Below are positions 39,072 through 50,700 of a stretch of 64,000 nt of DNA, in pieces. Origin of the DNA: Callorhinchus milii (taxonomy: Eukaryota); assembly GCF_018977255.1 (NCBI RefSeq), contig NW_024704742.1, forward strand, positions 9,178,001 through 9,242,000, read 5' to 3'. Each line of letters opens with the position of its first letter. Positions within the stretch are counted from its first letter, which is position 1. A program made the translations under genes and the position numbers. Below the pieces are notes generated by a model that saw only the letters and a list, made by a program, of their open reading frames with translations, ran no database searches and was not told where the DNA came from.

Positions 39072-40424
39072 TTCATCCCTGTTTTAAGAATGCTTTGGTA
39101 CTTGGCTAATTCATCATAGGTCCAGGGAACTTTCTGGTCTGAAAAGCTTGGTGTGCAGTGGAGTATCCTTAAATTAACATTTTAATTAACAATTAAATGC
39201 TGCTTTATTTTAACCTACACTCAAAATCTAGCAGAGACCTTGCTCAATCACATTTTGCTTCTGAGCATCAACAGATGAGATGGGTGCACTGAAGCTAAAT
39301 CTGACTTCACGTAAATTCACCAAAACACTTTGCTTTCATTATCCACAAATGCTGAACCATGGTTGGCATCTTTCCATCACCTAATGGATGAGGAAAGGAC
39401 TAATTGCTACTTCTCCTTATTTCACCTTGAGGTCACAAAGCACAATGGGAGTTTAATTCTGCAATGTGTACCCTCCGCTTTGAATATATGTTTAGGATTG
39501 GAGTACTGAGATATTTGCACAGATGTTTAAGTTGTCAGTCAATTGACGATTAATGTTATTTTTCTTCTGTCAGAAGCATTTTATAGTCTTGCTTTCTTTA
39601 ATGTGTTCTGGCTGGACTTTTGACAGTGTAATTTCCTGTTGCTTCTTCTAATGACCACTTCATATGGGAATCTTTCTTGCTTGACCTTCTCACAAGATCA
39701 GAAATGAAAATATTCTTTGGATTTGAGCTCCTCTTCAGCAACTGTTCAAGATTCTCAACTTGTCCGTTGGAAAGACGACTGCTTTGTTTCCGTCAAATCT
39801 TATGTATATTTTGCATTGCTTTTTTCCTCCTTGGACTGACAAGTACTCCTTGTTATATCTTCCCTTAAAGGTCAATAGAGATTCACCATCTGAAGGCAAG
39901 AGGGTAACTCCTGCAACCAATGCACACAAATGTTCAATATAATTGAGAAAAATAGATGAGAAGATTGCCTGCAAATACTCCATGTTAGCGAGATACATGT
40001 TCAGGACTGTGTAGGGCAATTTTAGGACCAAGATTAGGAAGAATTTCTTTACAGAGAGTAATTAACAACTGGAATGATTTTCCAACAAGGGTTGTGGGAG
40101 ACAGGTCATTGGAATCATAGGAAGCATCTTATTCCTGTAATATGAAGATAATGTTTCATGCAGGTTTCACCTGCAAGATATGGTGACTCCACTTTACTGT
40201 ACACTTAAACCCTGGCCATACTAATTGAGGGGAGGTAAACCAGAGTTTCCAACTAAGTGCAATTACAATGCCTTTATCTGCATTAAATGGTTAGGCTCAA
40301 GTTCTAGATATCTGTAGTCTAGTAAGCCATGGGTTTACTGTATATCCTATGAAGTGCTTTGAGATATCCTCCCGACATGAAGGGTACTAGATCCTCATGA
40401 TTTCTTCGGGATTTTCTGTAGCAG

Positions 40425-40721
40425 ATATACGGGGGCATCATCTTAAAATTAGAGCGAGGCCATTTAGGAGTGAAATTAGGAGGCAGTTTTTCACCCAAAG
40501 AGTAATGGAAAACTGGAACTCTCTCCTCCAAAAGGTTGTGGATGTTGGATCCATTCACATCTTCAAGACTAAGGTGGATAGATGTTTGTTAGGTCAAGGT
40601 ATTAAAGGAATACGGGGCAAAGGTGGGTAATTGGGTTTAAGGTACAGATCAGCCATGATCTAATAGAATTATGGAACAAGCTTGAGGGACTGAATGGCCT
40701 ACTCATGTTTCTATGTTTCTA
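40425..40721 (+). mobile_element. CR1 LINE 3' end
   Basis: RGHHLKIRARPFRSEIRRQFFTQRVMENWNSL..FKTKVDRCL; gaatggcctactc...tatgtttct tail. Confidence 0.9.
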
Positions 40722-40959
40722 AGTTATTATACCAAAGCACAGCACTGTATCTTGTTTGCCTTGCTGGTTGCTACCTCACACTGTTTTGACATGGTGAGCG
40801 ATGAGTCAACTAACATCTGGGCCTCCAGTGATCTTATGAGATGTTGGGAGACTAATATAATCAATTGTCGACACTTGATATTTAAAAATGTCCGCTGGCA
40901 AGGCACCAGACCATGCCAGTGGTCTGATAAACTACTTCTTTATTTTCTTATTTCAAGAG

Positions 40960-41372
40960 ATCCTCAATGTTTGCACTGTGTTCATGGTCTTGCTCTCCCT
41001 ACCTCTGCGACCTCCTTGGACTCACTCCCCCTAGCAACCTGCCTGCTCCCTCCGCTCAGCGGGCTCTGGCCTGCTTCTCGTCCTCTGCCTCGCCCGGACC
41101 ACCATTGGTGGTCAGGTCTTTAGCCACACTGCCCCCACCCTCTGGAACTCCATCCTGCACACCCTCCGCTTCGCCCCTCCTTTGCCTCCTTCAAGACCTG
41201 TTTCAAGACTCTCGTGTTCGACCGTGCCTTGCATCACCCTCCTCCCCCCCTCACCTTCTAATCTTTCCCGATCTTGACCCCCAGCTCGGGTCCAAAACAC
41301 TTTCTGTCCAGCGTCTTGGGAAATCCTCCTAACGTGAAAGGCGCTATAGAAATTTGATTTTGCTGATGTTGT
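40960..41372 (+). mobile_element. L2 LINE 3' fragment
   Basis: ccctctggaactccatcc...cttcaagacc; tail cttgggaaatcctcctaacgtgaaaggcgctata. Confidence 0.85.
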
Positions 41373-43257
41373 TGCATTCAATTTTTCTGATGCCCAGTTC
41401 CTAGTGATTTCCTAGGGGTTCTCTGTAACAGAGTAACAGAGATACTGTTCCCTTGTACTTTATAATCACATTTTCTCTTGTGATCAGAGGACTGAAATTA
41501 TTCATGGTTATTTTAAGACTATAATCTTTGAAATTTAATATCATGCAGAATTTTGGTAATGTTTTAAAAATTCAGTGCTGTTTTGGGAGCTGCTTTTTTC
41601 CCCAACCTTCTTGAACTCACAACCCAGTCTGATGCTATAATACAGTGCCACATTGCCATAGGTGCTGTCCTTCGGATGAGATGTTAAGACCTAATTTGGG
41701 AACTGTTTTTTCCAAGCGTCTTAAAAAGAATTGCAGAAAAAATTAGTTTAAAATTAAGATTTGATGTAAAACAAATTAACAAAATGCTGGATAATCTGAA
41801 ATTTTAAAACAAAATAGGCCGCAAGGCTAAAACCAAATGGAATTTCAGAACCTACCAGCTGCTATTTGGTGACTTAGGTTTCTTGTAAAAGTCTTCAAAT
41901 ATGAGAAAATGATCAATATAGTTAATGCAAAACAAAATATTTCCATAGAGCATAAGGATTTTGCAGTACCACAATTGTTAGATACAGAGGTAATATGGCA
42001 AAGAGATGAGATTGAGTTCTGATCCATATCAAAATGTAGAACCCATCATATTGTTCTTATTACATTTCTGCACATTGCTAGGTAAATACTTTGTTAAAAT
42101 GATGAGTTGAATTTTCCCTTTAAGCTAATTGGAAAGGACTTTGAACTCACAGTGTGCAAATTGGTTGCCACATTTGCATTCAAATAACAGTTGTTAAACT
42201 TCACAATAAATCCTGTGAGGTGCTTTGACATGTCTCGACAATGTGATAAGGAGCCGTATCAAATGTAAGGATTATTCTATTATTTTTCTAATTTTTGTCT
42301 CACTTCAACTGTATCGTTCCTGAAAACACATTCCATAGAGATGGTGTTAGCACCTGTGGTGCACACCACTTTACTTTTATTGTGAGCAGGCCAATTCTGC
42401 TGTGACTTTTGCAATTCCATTTGTTTTTTTTCCTTTGCGTTAGTGTTGAAAAGCTCTTTGGGAGAACAGATAGCTAAATTCAAACCAGGTGCTGGATCTG
42501 GGCATGCACTGTGCTTGTGCAGGGTGCAATATATTTGAGGAAAAGTCTCAGTGGAACTATTTTTGGCTGCCAAACGTTTCGAAAATAAATACTGGATTAT
42601 TTGTTAGTAAAAATAATGCACAATTTAAATGGTTTATGCTTTTCTTTCACTGAATACAGTGAATTTAAAAACATATGTTTCAAAATGAGCAATTGAATTG
42701 GAGAAACTTACTACAATACCTACATTACATGTGGAAATACAATACCTGGTTTTACAGAGAACAAACCCAATTCAACTTCTATTCTACTTCTGAGGTTCAC
42801 CAGAATCCATTGTTGAGGAGATAATCCACCTGGGTCTATAATTACTACTTTCTTAATGTGGCATTTTAGAATGTCCAAAATTTGGCTAATTCTTCAATTC
42901 TTAATTTTGAAGCCGATTTTCCATAAGCTTTAAAGAGCTCCAGAAAACTTCAAAGTTACAACTGAATTCAACAACCAATTCTATTAATAACTCTACATTA
43001 AGAGAGTGCATAGAGTTATGTAGACCAATACAGCATTGAAACAAGCCATTTGGCTCAACTAGTCCGTGCTAGTGCTTGTATTTCACTTGAGCCCCCACCC
43101 TTCTAAATCCCCTCTCTCTCTATCACAACCCTTTATTTCCTTCCCCTTCTGTATACAAATCTCGAGTAAATCTAGATCCATGTGGAATTTCTCCCCCTTT
43201 GGTTTTGCCTTGATGCATCTTTGAAGTGTGTCTTTTCTATTCCAAATGGTACCTATA

Positions 43258-43620
43258 TAATAATAATCCTTGCATTTGATATAGCGCCTTATCACGTCTT
43301 CGAGACGTCTCAAAGACCTTCACAGAATATACTGTAAAGTGAATTGACTGTATATTTTGTGGGCGAAACATGGCAGCCACTTGCACACAACAGTGTCCCA
43401 CAAACAGTCGTGGATTGGGTGACCAAATTATTATTATTTATTTTTTGAAGGAATTACTACCCCCAGAAAAGTGATCCGCCAATCGACTAAAAAAAAGGTT
43501 GCTATTTACTGCTTGGTAAACAAAGGCGTGTGGAGTGAGCCCGACATTTTGCCCTGCCAGGAATCAAGCCCAGGTCTCTCGCTTGTGAGGCAAGTACACT
43601 AACTACTGAGCTACAAGACC
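43258..43620 (-). mobile_element. SINE family A, long form
   Basis: Runs from head to tail. Confidence 0.9.
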
Positions 43621-44489
43621 ATATCACTTATATCATGCAAGGATTAAGAATAAAGTCTACCACGCACAAATTGCACCCTTTGGCCGAGAATCTTTCAAGC
43701 CACAGATGCCTGCTTCAGATTCCAAGACTCATATGGGACCTGCAATGTCTCTGTGGAGGAATGTAATTTAATGACACAATTTATAGCCACAGTTGAAATA
43801 TTTTATGACAGAACAGTGTGTGCAGGGCTGAATATCTGGGGACACCTCTTTCGATAGAGGTACATTGCTTTAAAAGAACAGCTGAATCCCCTTTGGGTTA
43901 ATCAATTTACCCAAAGGAAGGAGAAGAAAATTCTTGAGCAGGAAACAACCTCAAAGCTGCAGGTTCCTGTTCCAACTGCACATTGTTGTCAATGCTACAA
44001 ATGCTAAACTCAGCCAACCAGACAATGTCATTATGGCTGTTCTGCCGAGTTGTAACTTGAGTCCAACAAAGCATTGTGTGTATAATTTGGATCTGTGGGA
44101 AATTATCCAATAAAGGTGTGTCTGAAGAAGGACCTTGATCATTTTATTCTGTATTAAGAACTGGAATAGCAGCAAGAACAACAACTTGTATCTATACAGC
44201 ACCCCTCATGTGGGCTAGTGTCACTGAGCAAATAGATGCAAGGTTCATTCTGCCATAGTATCCACAATTGCAATTTAGAAATGTAGTTAGACAATGTTGA
44301 TCAGATTGCATTCAGTCAAAAAACAACACATTTTTCCTCCCCAAAAACATGAAATGAGGAAATCATTCCACTAAAAGTCTCCTGCAAGACATACTTACCT
44401 CTGTTTTTTCACTGTGTTAAAAGATGCTTGTTGAGCCATTTCTGCTTGGAGTCCTCTACAGCTTGTGCAGACACTTGAACCCAAACTGA

Positions 44490-44797
44490 ACTATCCACAC
44501 GCTTCTGTTTACCTAGCAGTACGTAGGAAGCTGGTTGTTAGTCAATTGGTGGATCGCTTTTCTGGGGGTAATAATCCCTTCAAAAATAAACAAATAAAAG
44601 TAATAATATAATAATAATTTGGTCACTCAAGAAGCGACTGCTTGTGGGACACTGCTGCGCGCAATTGGTTACCGCGATTTGCCCACAAAATATATGGCCA
44701 ATTCACTTTACAGTATATCCTGTGAAGTGCTTTAAGACGTCTCAAAGACACGATGAGGCACTTTATCAAATGCAAGGATTATTATTATTATCATCAT
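44490..44797 (+). mobile_element. SINE family A, long form, head degenerate
   Basis: Body and tail match family A. Confidence 0.85.
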
Positions 44798-45591
44798 TTG
44801 GTAAATCAGAGTTGCTGGAGGACATACAGGAAAACCTATTGTAAAGCATCTTGTGACAGGACAGATCTGATTTTAATGTGTGTGACCATTTGTCTTTTAC
44901 TAGGGACTCTGAGAAATGGTACCAAGAAAACACCAGGGGTAAAATACACGACGTTTCATATTAGATTCAAAGTGACAAGTATAACATCAAGTGTTTCATG
45001 AAACAGACGTTAGAATTTGTAGGTTTTTGAATGTACCTTTTGCTATTTAAGAAATATCTGATGAGAACTAATAGGTGAAGCATCAGTAAGTTTAAATATT
45101 TTCTAATTTAAAGAAAATTAATTCAGACTATACAACAACTTGCATTTATATAGGCCCTTAATGTCGGATAACCTCTCAGAACACTTGCTCCTAGAAAACG
45201 AACTGATCAGAACCAGACTGTAGTCGTAAGCATTAAATATCACAGGACTCAAGCAGCAGTAACAACTTCTCTCATGTCACTGATAAACTTGAAGAGCAAT
45301 AATCCTTTCCAAATGTGCTTATCGTGTAATACAGGATGACGTTTCCCTATTCAGACAATCATAAATTATTATCACAATGGTTTCCAGTTATCGCACCACA
45401 AAACAAAAGGAATAATCAAAAGTGAAGAACAGTTATCGTGTCTCAGGCAGTATTGATTCTGTTTTTATATTTCTTCAATTCCCACGTGAAGTTCTTTTTA
45501 CTTTACTTTACGTTGGCCTTTGGAGCTAATCTAACTTAACATGCTTCTAGCTATTCCCTCACACACTTTCTTCCACACATGGGGATCTGTA

Positions 45592-45781
45592 AATAATAAT
45601 AATAATAATAATTTGGTTACTCAATCCACGATTGTTTGAGGGGCACTGCTGCATGCAATTGGCTGTCGCGTTTCACCCACAAAATATAGTCAATTCACTT
45701 TACAGTATGTTCTGTGAAGCACTTTGAGATGTCTCAAAGATGCGATAAGACGCTATATCAAATGCAAGGATTATTATTATT
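45592..45781 (+). mobile_element. SINE family A 3' half
   Basis: Body and tail match family A. Confidence 0.85.
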
Positions 45782-45799
45782 TGTATGATATCTGTATCC

Positions 45800-46175
45800 C
45801 AGCTGACAGCATTCTTGCCTCCGAGTCAGAAGATTGTGGGCTCATGCTGCATGTTGGGACTTTGAAGTGCCATAGGCTAGCTGACACTCCAAGACAGTAC
45901 TACTGTCAGTGTCAGAGTTGCCATCCTTTGGATGAAATGTTAAACCGAGATCCATCTGTCGAGAGAAGGGTGTTTCTCCCAGTGTCCTGGCCAACAATCC
46001 CCCAGATGAAATCGGTCAGTCACTAATGCTATTTGTGGGAGCTTGCTGTGTGCAAATTGACCACCCTGTTCAGCTAAAAATGCAGTCTTTACACTTTATG
46101 GTAAAGTACAGTAAATCTTGTGAAGCACTTTGAGACATCTTGACAGCATGATAAGGTGTTGTACCAAATGCAAAA
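45800..46175 (+). mobile_element. Deu-domain SINE
   Basis: ccatcctttggatgaaatgttaaaccgaga core. Confidence 0.75.
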
Positions 46176-46807
46176 GATAATCAAGGAACTTTCCACAGTC
46201 TGATGCTGCTCTGCTTGTGGATGCTGCTCAAGAGGGGTTAGAGATGTTTGGAGCTGGAGCTGGAAGCCAAGATGGTTCGAGTTGAACGTGGAGCTGTTTC
46301 AACAATGACTAACTCTGTTTTCAATGCCTGAGGTATTGATGCCTGCCAACTGTTCTGGCGCATTAGTGCTGATGGGGCTGAAGAGACTCCAATTTCCTGT
46401 AATAGAACATTAAGTGGGAGATTATTGATCATTGCTGCAAGTGTTTAATGTGTCTGATTGTAGTCGGTTAAGGTCACAACTCAATCACTTTACTCAGATG
46501 TTACCAGTGGACGATGGAACTGTAATCTAAGGTTACAGGTTAACTTAGGGCTTTACAGTTCTTTTCCCTGATCAGTATGAAGTGGGGTCAATTCTTGGGC
46601 TAGTTATACAACTGCCTCTGTTGATTCATTCTGAAACGTTCCTTGAATCAACATATAAACTACTGTAACTGTGAATTAACTCTGCCAATTCACCCTTGAT
46701 GCAGTTTAATAGAAGTACTGTGAGACTACCACAAAGAGCTACCCTTGGACTGGCCTTTACAGGGAGCTGAAATGCGCCAATAACTGGTACAGAGACACTG
46801 ATGTTCT

Positions 46808-47133
46808 TATTAATAATAATAATAATAATAATCCTTGCATTTGATATAGCGCTTTTCACGACAGGAGGACGTCCCAAAGCGCTTCACAGAATATACTGTA
46901 AAGTGAATTGACTGTATATTTGTGGGCGAACGCGGCAGCCAATTGCGCACAGCAGTGTCCCACAAACAGTCATGGATTGAAAATGACCAATTTATAATTG
47001 TTTTTTTTTTTGGAGGGATTATTATTAGGCGTGTGGAGTAAGGAAACTTGCCCAAGGTTTCGCCCTGCCTGGAATTGAACTCAGGTCTCTCGCTTGCAAA
47101 GCGAGTGCTCTAACCACTGAGCTACAGGACTCC
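46808..47133 (-). mobile_element. SINE family A, short form, young
   Basis: Intact head ggagtcctgtagctcagtggttagagcactcgctttgcaagcgag; tail variant gggacgtcctcctgtcgtgaaaagcgc. Confidence 0.95.
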
Positions 47134-47225
47134 ACATGTGGGCAACCAATTGTTTTGGCAACATTGCACTCTCAAATTGGGTCCACAGAAACTCCTCATG
47201 GATGCTTTGGTTTACAGTTTAATAA

Positions 47226-47597
47226 AATAATAATCCTTGCATTTGATATAGTGCCTTATCACATCTTCGAGACATCTCAAAGCGCTTCACTGAATATATT
47301 GTAAAGTGAATTGATTGTGTATTTTGTGGGTGAAACGCGGCAGCCAATTGCGCACAGCAGTGTCCCACAAACAGTTTGGGATTGAATTGACCAATTTTTT
47401 TTTATTTTTTTTGAAGGTATTATTACCCCCAGAAAAGCGATCTGCCAATCCACTAACAATCTGGTTCCTACTTACTGCTAGATAAACAGAGGCGCATGGA
47501 GTAATGAAACTTACCCAACATATCGCCCTGCCGAGAATCAAAAACCCAGGTCTCTCATTTGCGAGGGGTGTGGTCTAACCACTGAACTACAGGATTC
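47226..47597 (-). mobile_element. SINE family A, long form
   Basis: Runs from head to tail. Confidence 0.9.
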
Positions 47598-47869
47598 TAG
47601 ATTCTTAACGTTGGCAACCAGTTGTTTTGTCAACATTACCCTCTCAAATTATGTCCAAGGAACAGCTCAGGAATGCTTTGATTTACAGATCTGTACAGTT
47701 TACAAAACTTTACTTATTTCACTCCAGCTACAATTGTAGAAGCAAGCAGCTCGGGTTGCCTGCTTCTACAATTATCTTTTGTGTTCATTGCAAGCTCTAA
47801 ATATGATCATGTTTAAAAAAGATAATCTGGAGATCGTTGAGTTCATAGTAGTGCAAATAGTGCAAATTT

Positions 47870-48183
47870 GGAGTCCTGTAGTTCAGTGGTGAGAGCACTC
47901 GCCTTGCAAGCGAGAGACCTGAGTTCAATTCCAGGCAGGGCAAAACCTTGGGCAAGTTTCCTTACTCCACACGCCTAATAATAATCCCTCCAAAACAAAA
48001 ACAATAATAAATTGGTCATTTTCAATCCACGACTGTTTGTGGGACACTGCTATGCGCAATTGGCTGCTGCGTTGCGCCCACAAATATACAGTCAATTCAC
48101 TTTACAGCATATTCTGTGAAGCACTTTGAGACATCTAGAAGACATGAAAAGCTCTATATCAAATGCAAGGATTATTATTATTA
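47870..48183 (+). mobile_element. SINE family A, short form, young
   Basis: Close to the reverse complement of 46808-47133 except for the tail loop. Confidence 0.95.
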
Positions 48184-48699
48184 AATAAATAAATAAATTG
48201 TGCAAACAGCGATAAGGTTGTAATTAAGACTGGTCTCGTGAATTAACAATGGAGGGATTGGAACGGTTGTGTGGTAGTGCAGAAAGGCTTAAGGGTTCTT
48301 CTGATACTGATACTTGAGCATATCCACTACAGTGAGATCAATACATTTGTAAGGGGGAGGCACAGAAGTAGAGACTCTATTTCATCGAACAAGTACTTTG
48401 CCTGACCTGGCTGTGCTTCATGATGTCACTAAATGTAAAGTAGAAATGTATTGGATTACTGGGCAATGTGATCTTTCTGTTTGATTTGTGCCAAGAAACA
48501 AATTCAGGAGGAACCCTTTGCAAAATAAATCTACATAAGGAGCATCGCCATGTTAATGCAGAGCTTGCATCTGTGCACCTTTTGGGGTGAAAAATATGAC
48601 ATATGATGGGTTATCGTTGGTATTATCATTGCTGCAGTCTGAATTCAAATGGTTTGATTCTCTTTTATTTCCAATCTCTGTTATTGAATTGTTTAAAAA

Positions 48700-49130
48700 T
48701 AAATTGGGTCAGCCAGATGTCTGGCACATGCAGAAACCCATCACCGTGCTTAAAAGTATCCAAACCAAGCTGAGATTTCCATGCATCCCACCTACACATG
48801 GAAATCCCAGAGTTAGATTGTTGGAATGGAATGCGCACTCTCTCCCTGGAGGAACACATCCTGCTTACCTAATCTGGAAAGTACTAGACGCAGATTGGCA
48901 AGAGCCAAGGCTTGGGGACCCCAGAGTGTGCGTTGGGGTAACTGCTGGAGTTTAACCAGCTAAAACTGCATAACTTGCCTTTGATATTGCTGTCTGGCAA
49001 GCTTTCCTACTGCGTGTCCAGCTGGGACCACCGTAGGACCAGCCATTAGGGCTTTGACTTTGTAGGATTAACAGGAGCTGAGTGGGATGACTGCCTGGCC
49101 CTCCCCAGTGACTGATCTGCCCTCTTAGGT
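48700..49130. repeat. Family U, longest copy (about 430 bp)
   Basis: Homologous to 2160-2445, 7925-8045 and 22778-23110; internal hairpin gatttccatg...catggaaatc. Confidence 0.85.
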
Positions 49131-49389
49131 CCTGCTGAAGCACCATTGAATCTGATGTTATTGAATCTGAGCCCTTGTATGTGAAAGATATTAATTGGTC
49201 TGCATCATCTGCAATCTGGTTATCACAGATATGTCATTGAAAAGGGTGGGCCCTATTCTTATATTTCTTATAGGATATATCTATCCAACCGCTACCTTTG
49301 CAACCAGAATCATGGGATTGTTCATGCTGCTAAAGGTAAGATTATTCTTCACAGTTAAGATTGTGATGAATTTGGAAAATTTTCATTTG

Positions 49390-49760
49390 GCCTTATCTCA
49401 GTGTTTAGAGCACTCGCCTCGCAAGCGAGAGACCTGGGTTCGATTCCTGGGCAGGACGAAATGTTGGGCACCTTTCCTTACTCCAATGCCTCTGTTTACT
49501 TAACAGTAAGTAGGAACACGGTTGTTAGACGATTGTCGGATTGCTTTTCCAGCGGGTAATAATTCCCTCAAAAAAAAATATTATTATATTATTCATTCAA
49601 TCCACGACTGTTTGTGGGACACTGTTGTGTGAAATTGGCTGTTGCGTTTCGCCCCCCAAAAATACAGTCAGTTCACTTTGCAGTCTATTCCGTGAAGCGC
49701 TTTGAGATGTCTCGGAAATGTGATAAGGTGCTATATCACATGCAAGGATTATTATTATTA
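49390..49760 (+). mobile_element. SINE family A, long form
   Basis: Runs from head to tail. Confidence 0.9.
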
Positions 49761-50331
49761 TAAATCACCTTCCTAATTGAGGTGGACTTCAAGAATTTCC
49801 TTAAATTTGGCAGAATCTTAAATGTTAAGACAGTGGTTTTAAACCTAAGACCGTGAAAAATTCCAGGTGCCTCGAGCCATGGAGTTTTCAGTGGTGAGTG
49901 TAGATATCCTGGCTGGCTTAAAGAAGCAGCAAAAATCCACAATGTATTCCTTTCAGAAGACTTCATCGAAAAAACTCTTTTACTGTAATTGCATGTCATT
50001 TTATGTGTCAAGTGTGGAAAGCAATTAAAATGTTTATGCTTGCTTCTTACGAGTAACATTGTGACTGAAATAATTGTTCCTATCAATATGCAAATGAAAA
50101 CTGCTCAAAAATTGTGCTGTTTTATATCCAGACTTTCTGTGCCTACTGATGCTGTGTTGGGTGAACAACAGTGCCTGTATGCAGCTGTGGTTCTGTATTC
50201 TGCCTGCGTGGCTGTCATCTGGGGAAATTGAGGGAGAGGCCTTTAAAGTGCTTCCTGAAACTCGGACATGTCAGTAGGGAAATCTGCTCACCACATCCAA
50301 CAATAGCAATTTGTATTCAAATAGACAGCTT

Positions 50332-50700
50332 TCATAAGATTGGTTTGGATAAAGAAGGCCCTTCACCAGTCCGATCTTGTCTTTCCAAAACCCCCACACT
50401 AGTGTTCTGCACGACTGCATCAAGTTGCCTTTTAAATGAGTCAAATCTCCTGGCCTCTATCACTTTTCCCAGCAATCTGATCCACTCATTGATTATCCTC
50501 TGAGTAAAGAAAACCTTCTGGTGTCTGTCCTGAAATTGCACTTTACAACTCTAAACCTGCGTTCTCTTTTTCTTCTGTCTTGTTCATCCTAAAGTATTGA
50601 TCTGGGTTTTTCAATTCCATTTAAAATGTTATAGACCTCTATGAGGTCTCGTCTAGTCTTTTTTCAAGACGAAGAGCTCTAACTTGTCTAATCATTGCTT
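50332..50700 (-). mobile_element. CR1 LINE 3' end
   Basis: FFTQRIINEWIRL..VIEA..DSFKRQLD. Confidence 0.85.

Noticed and set aside
39590..39915. Minus-strand acceptor followed by protein-like frames
   Set aside because: Frames are broken by stops, there is no convincing donor and I recognise no homology.
47060..47133. tRNA-Ala/Val-like genes
   Set aside because: Each is the head of a SINE, continuous with SINE body and tail.
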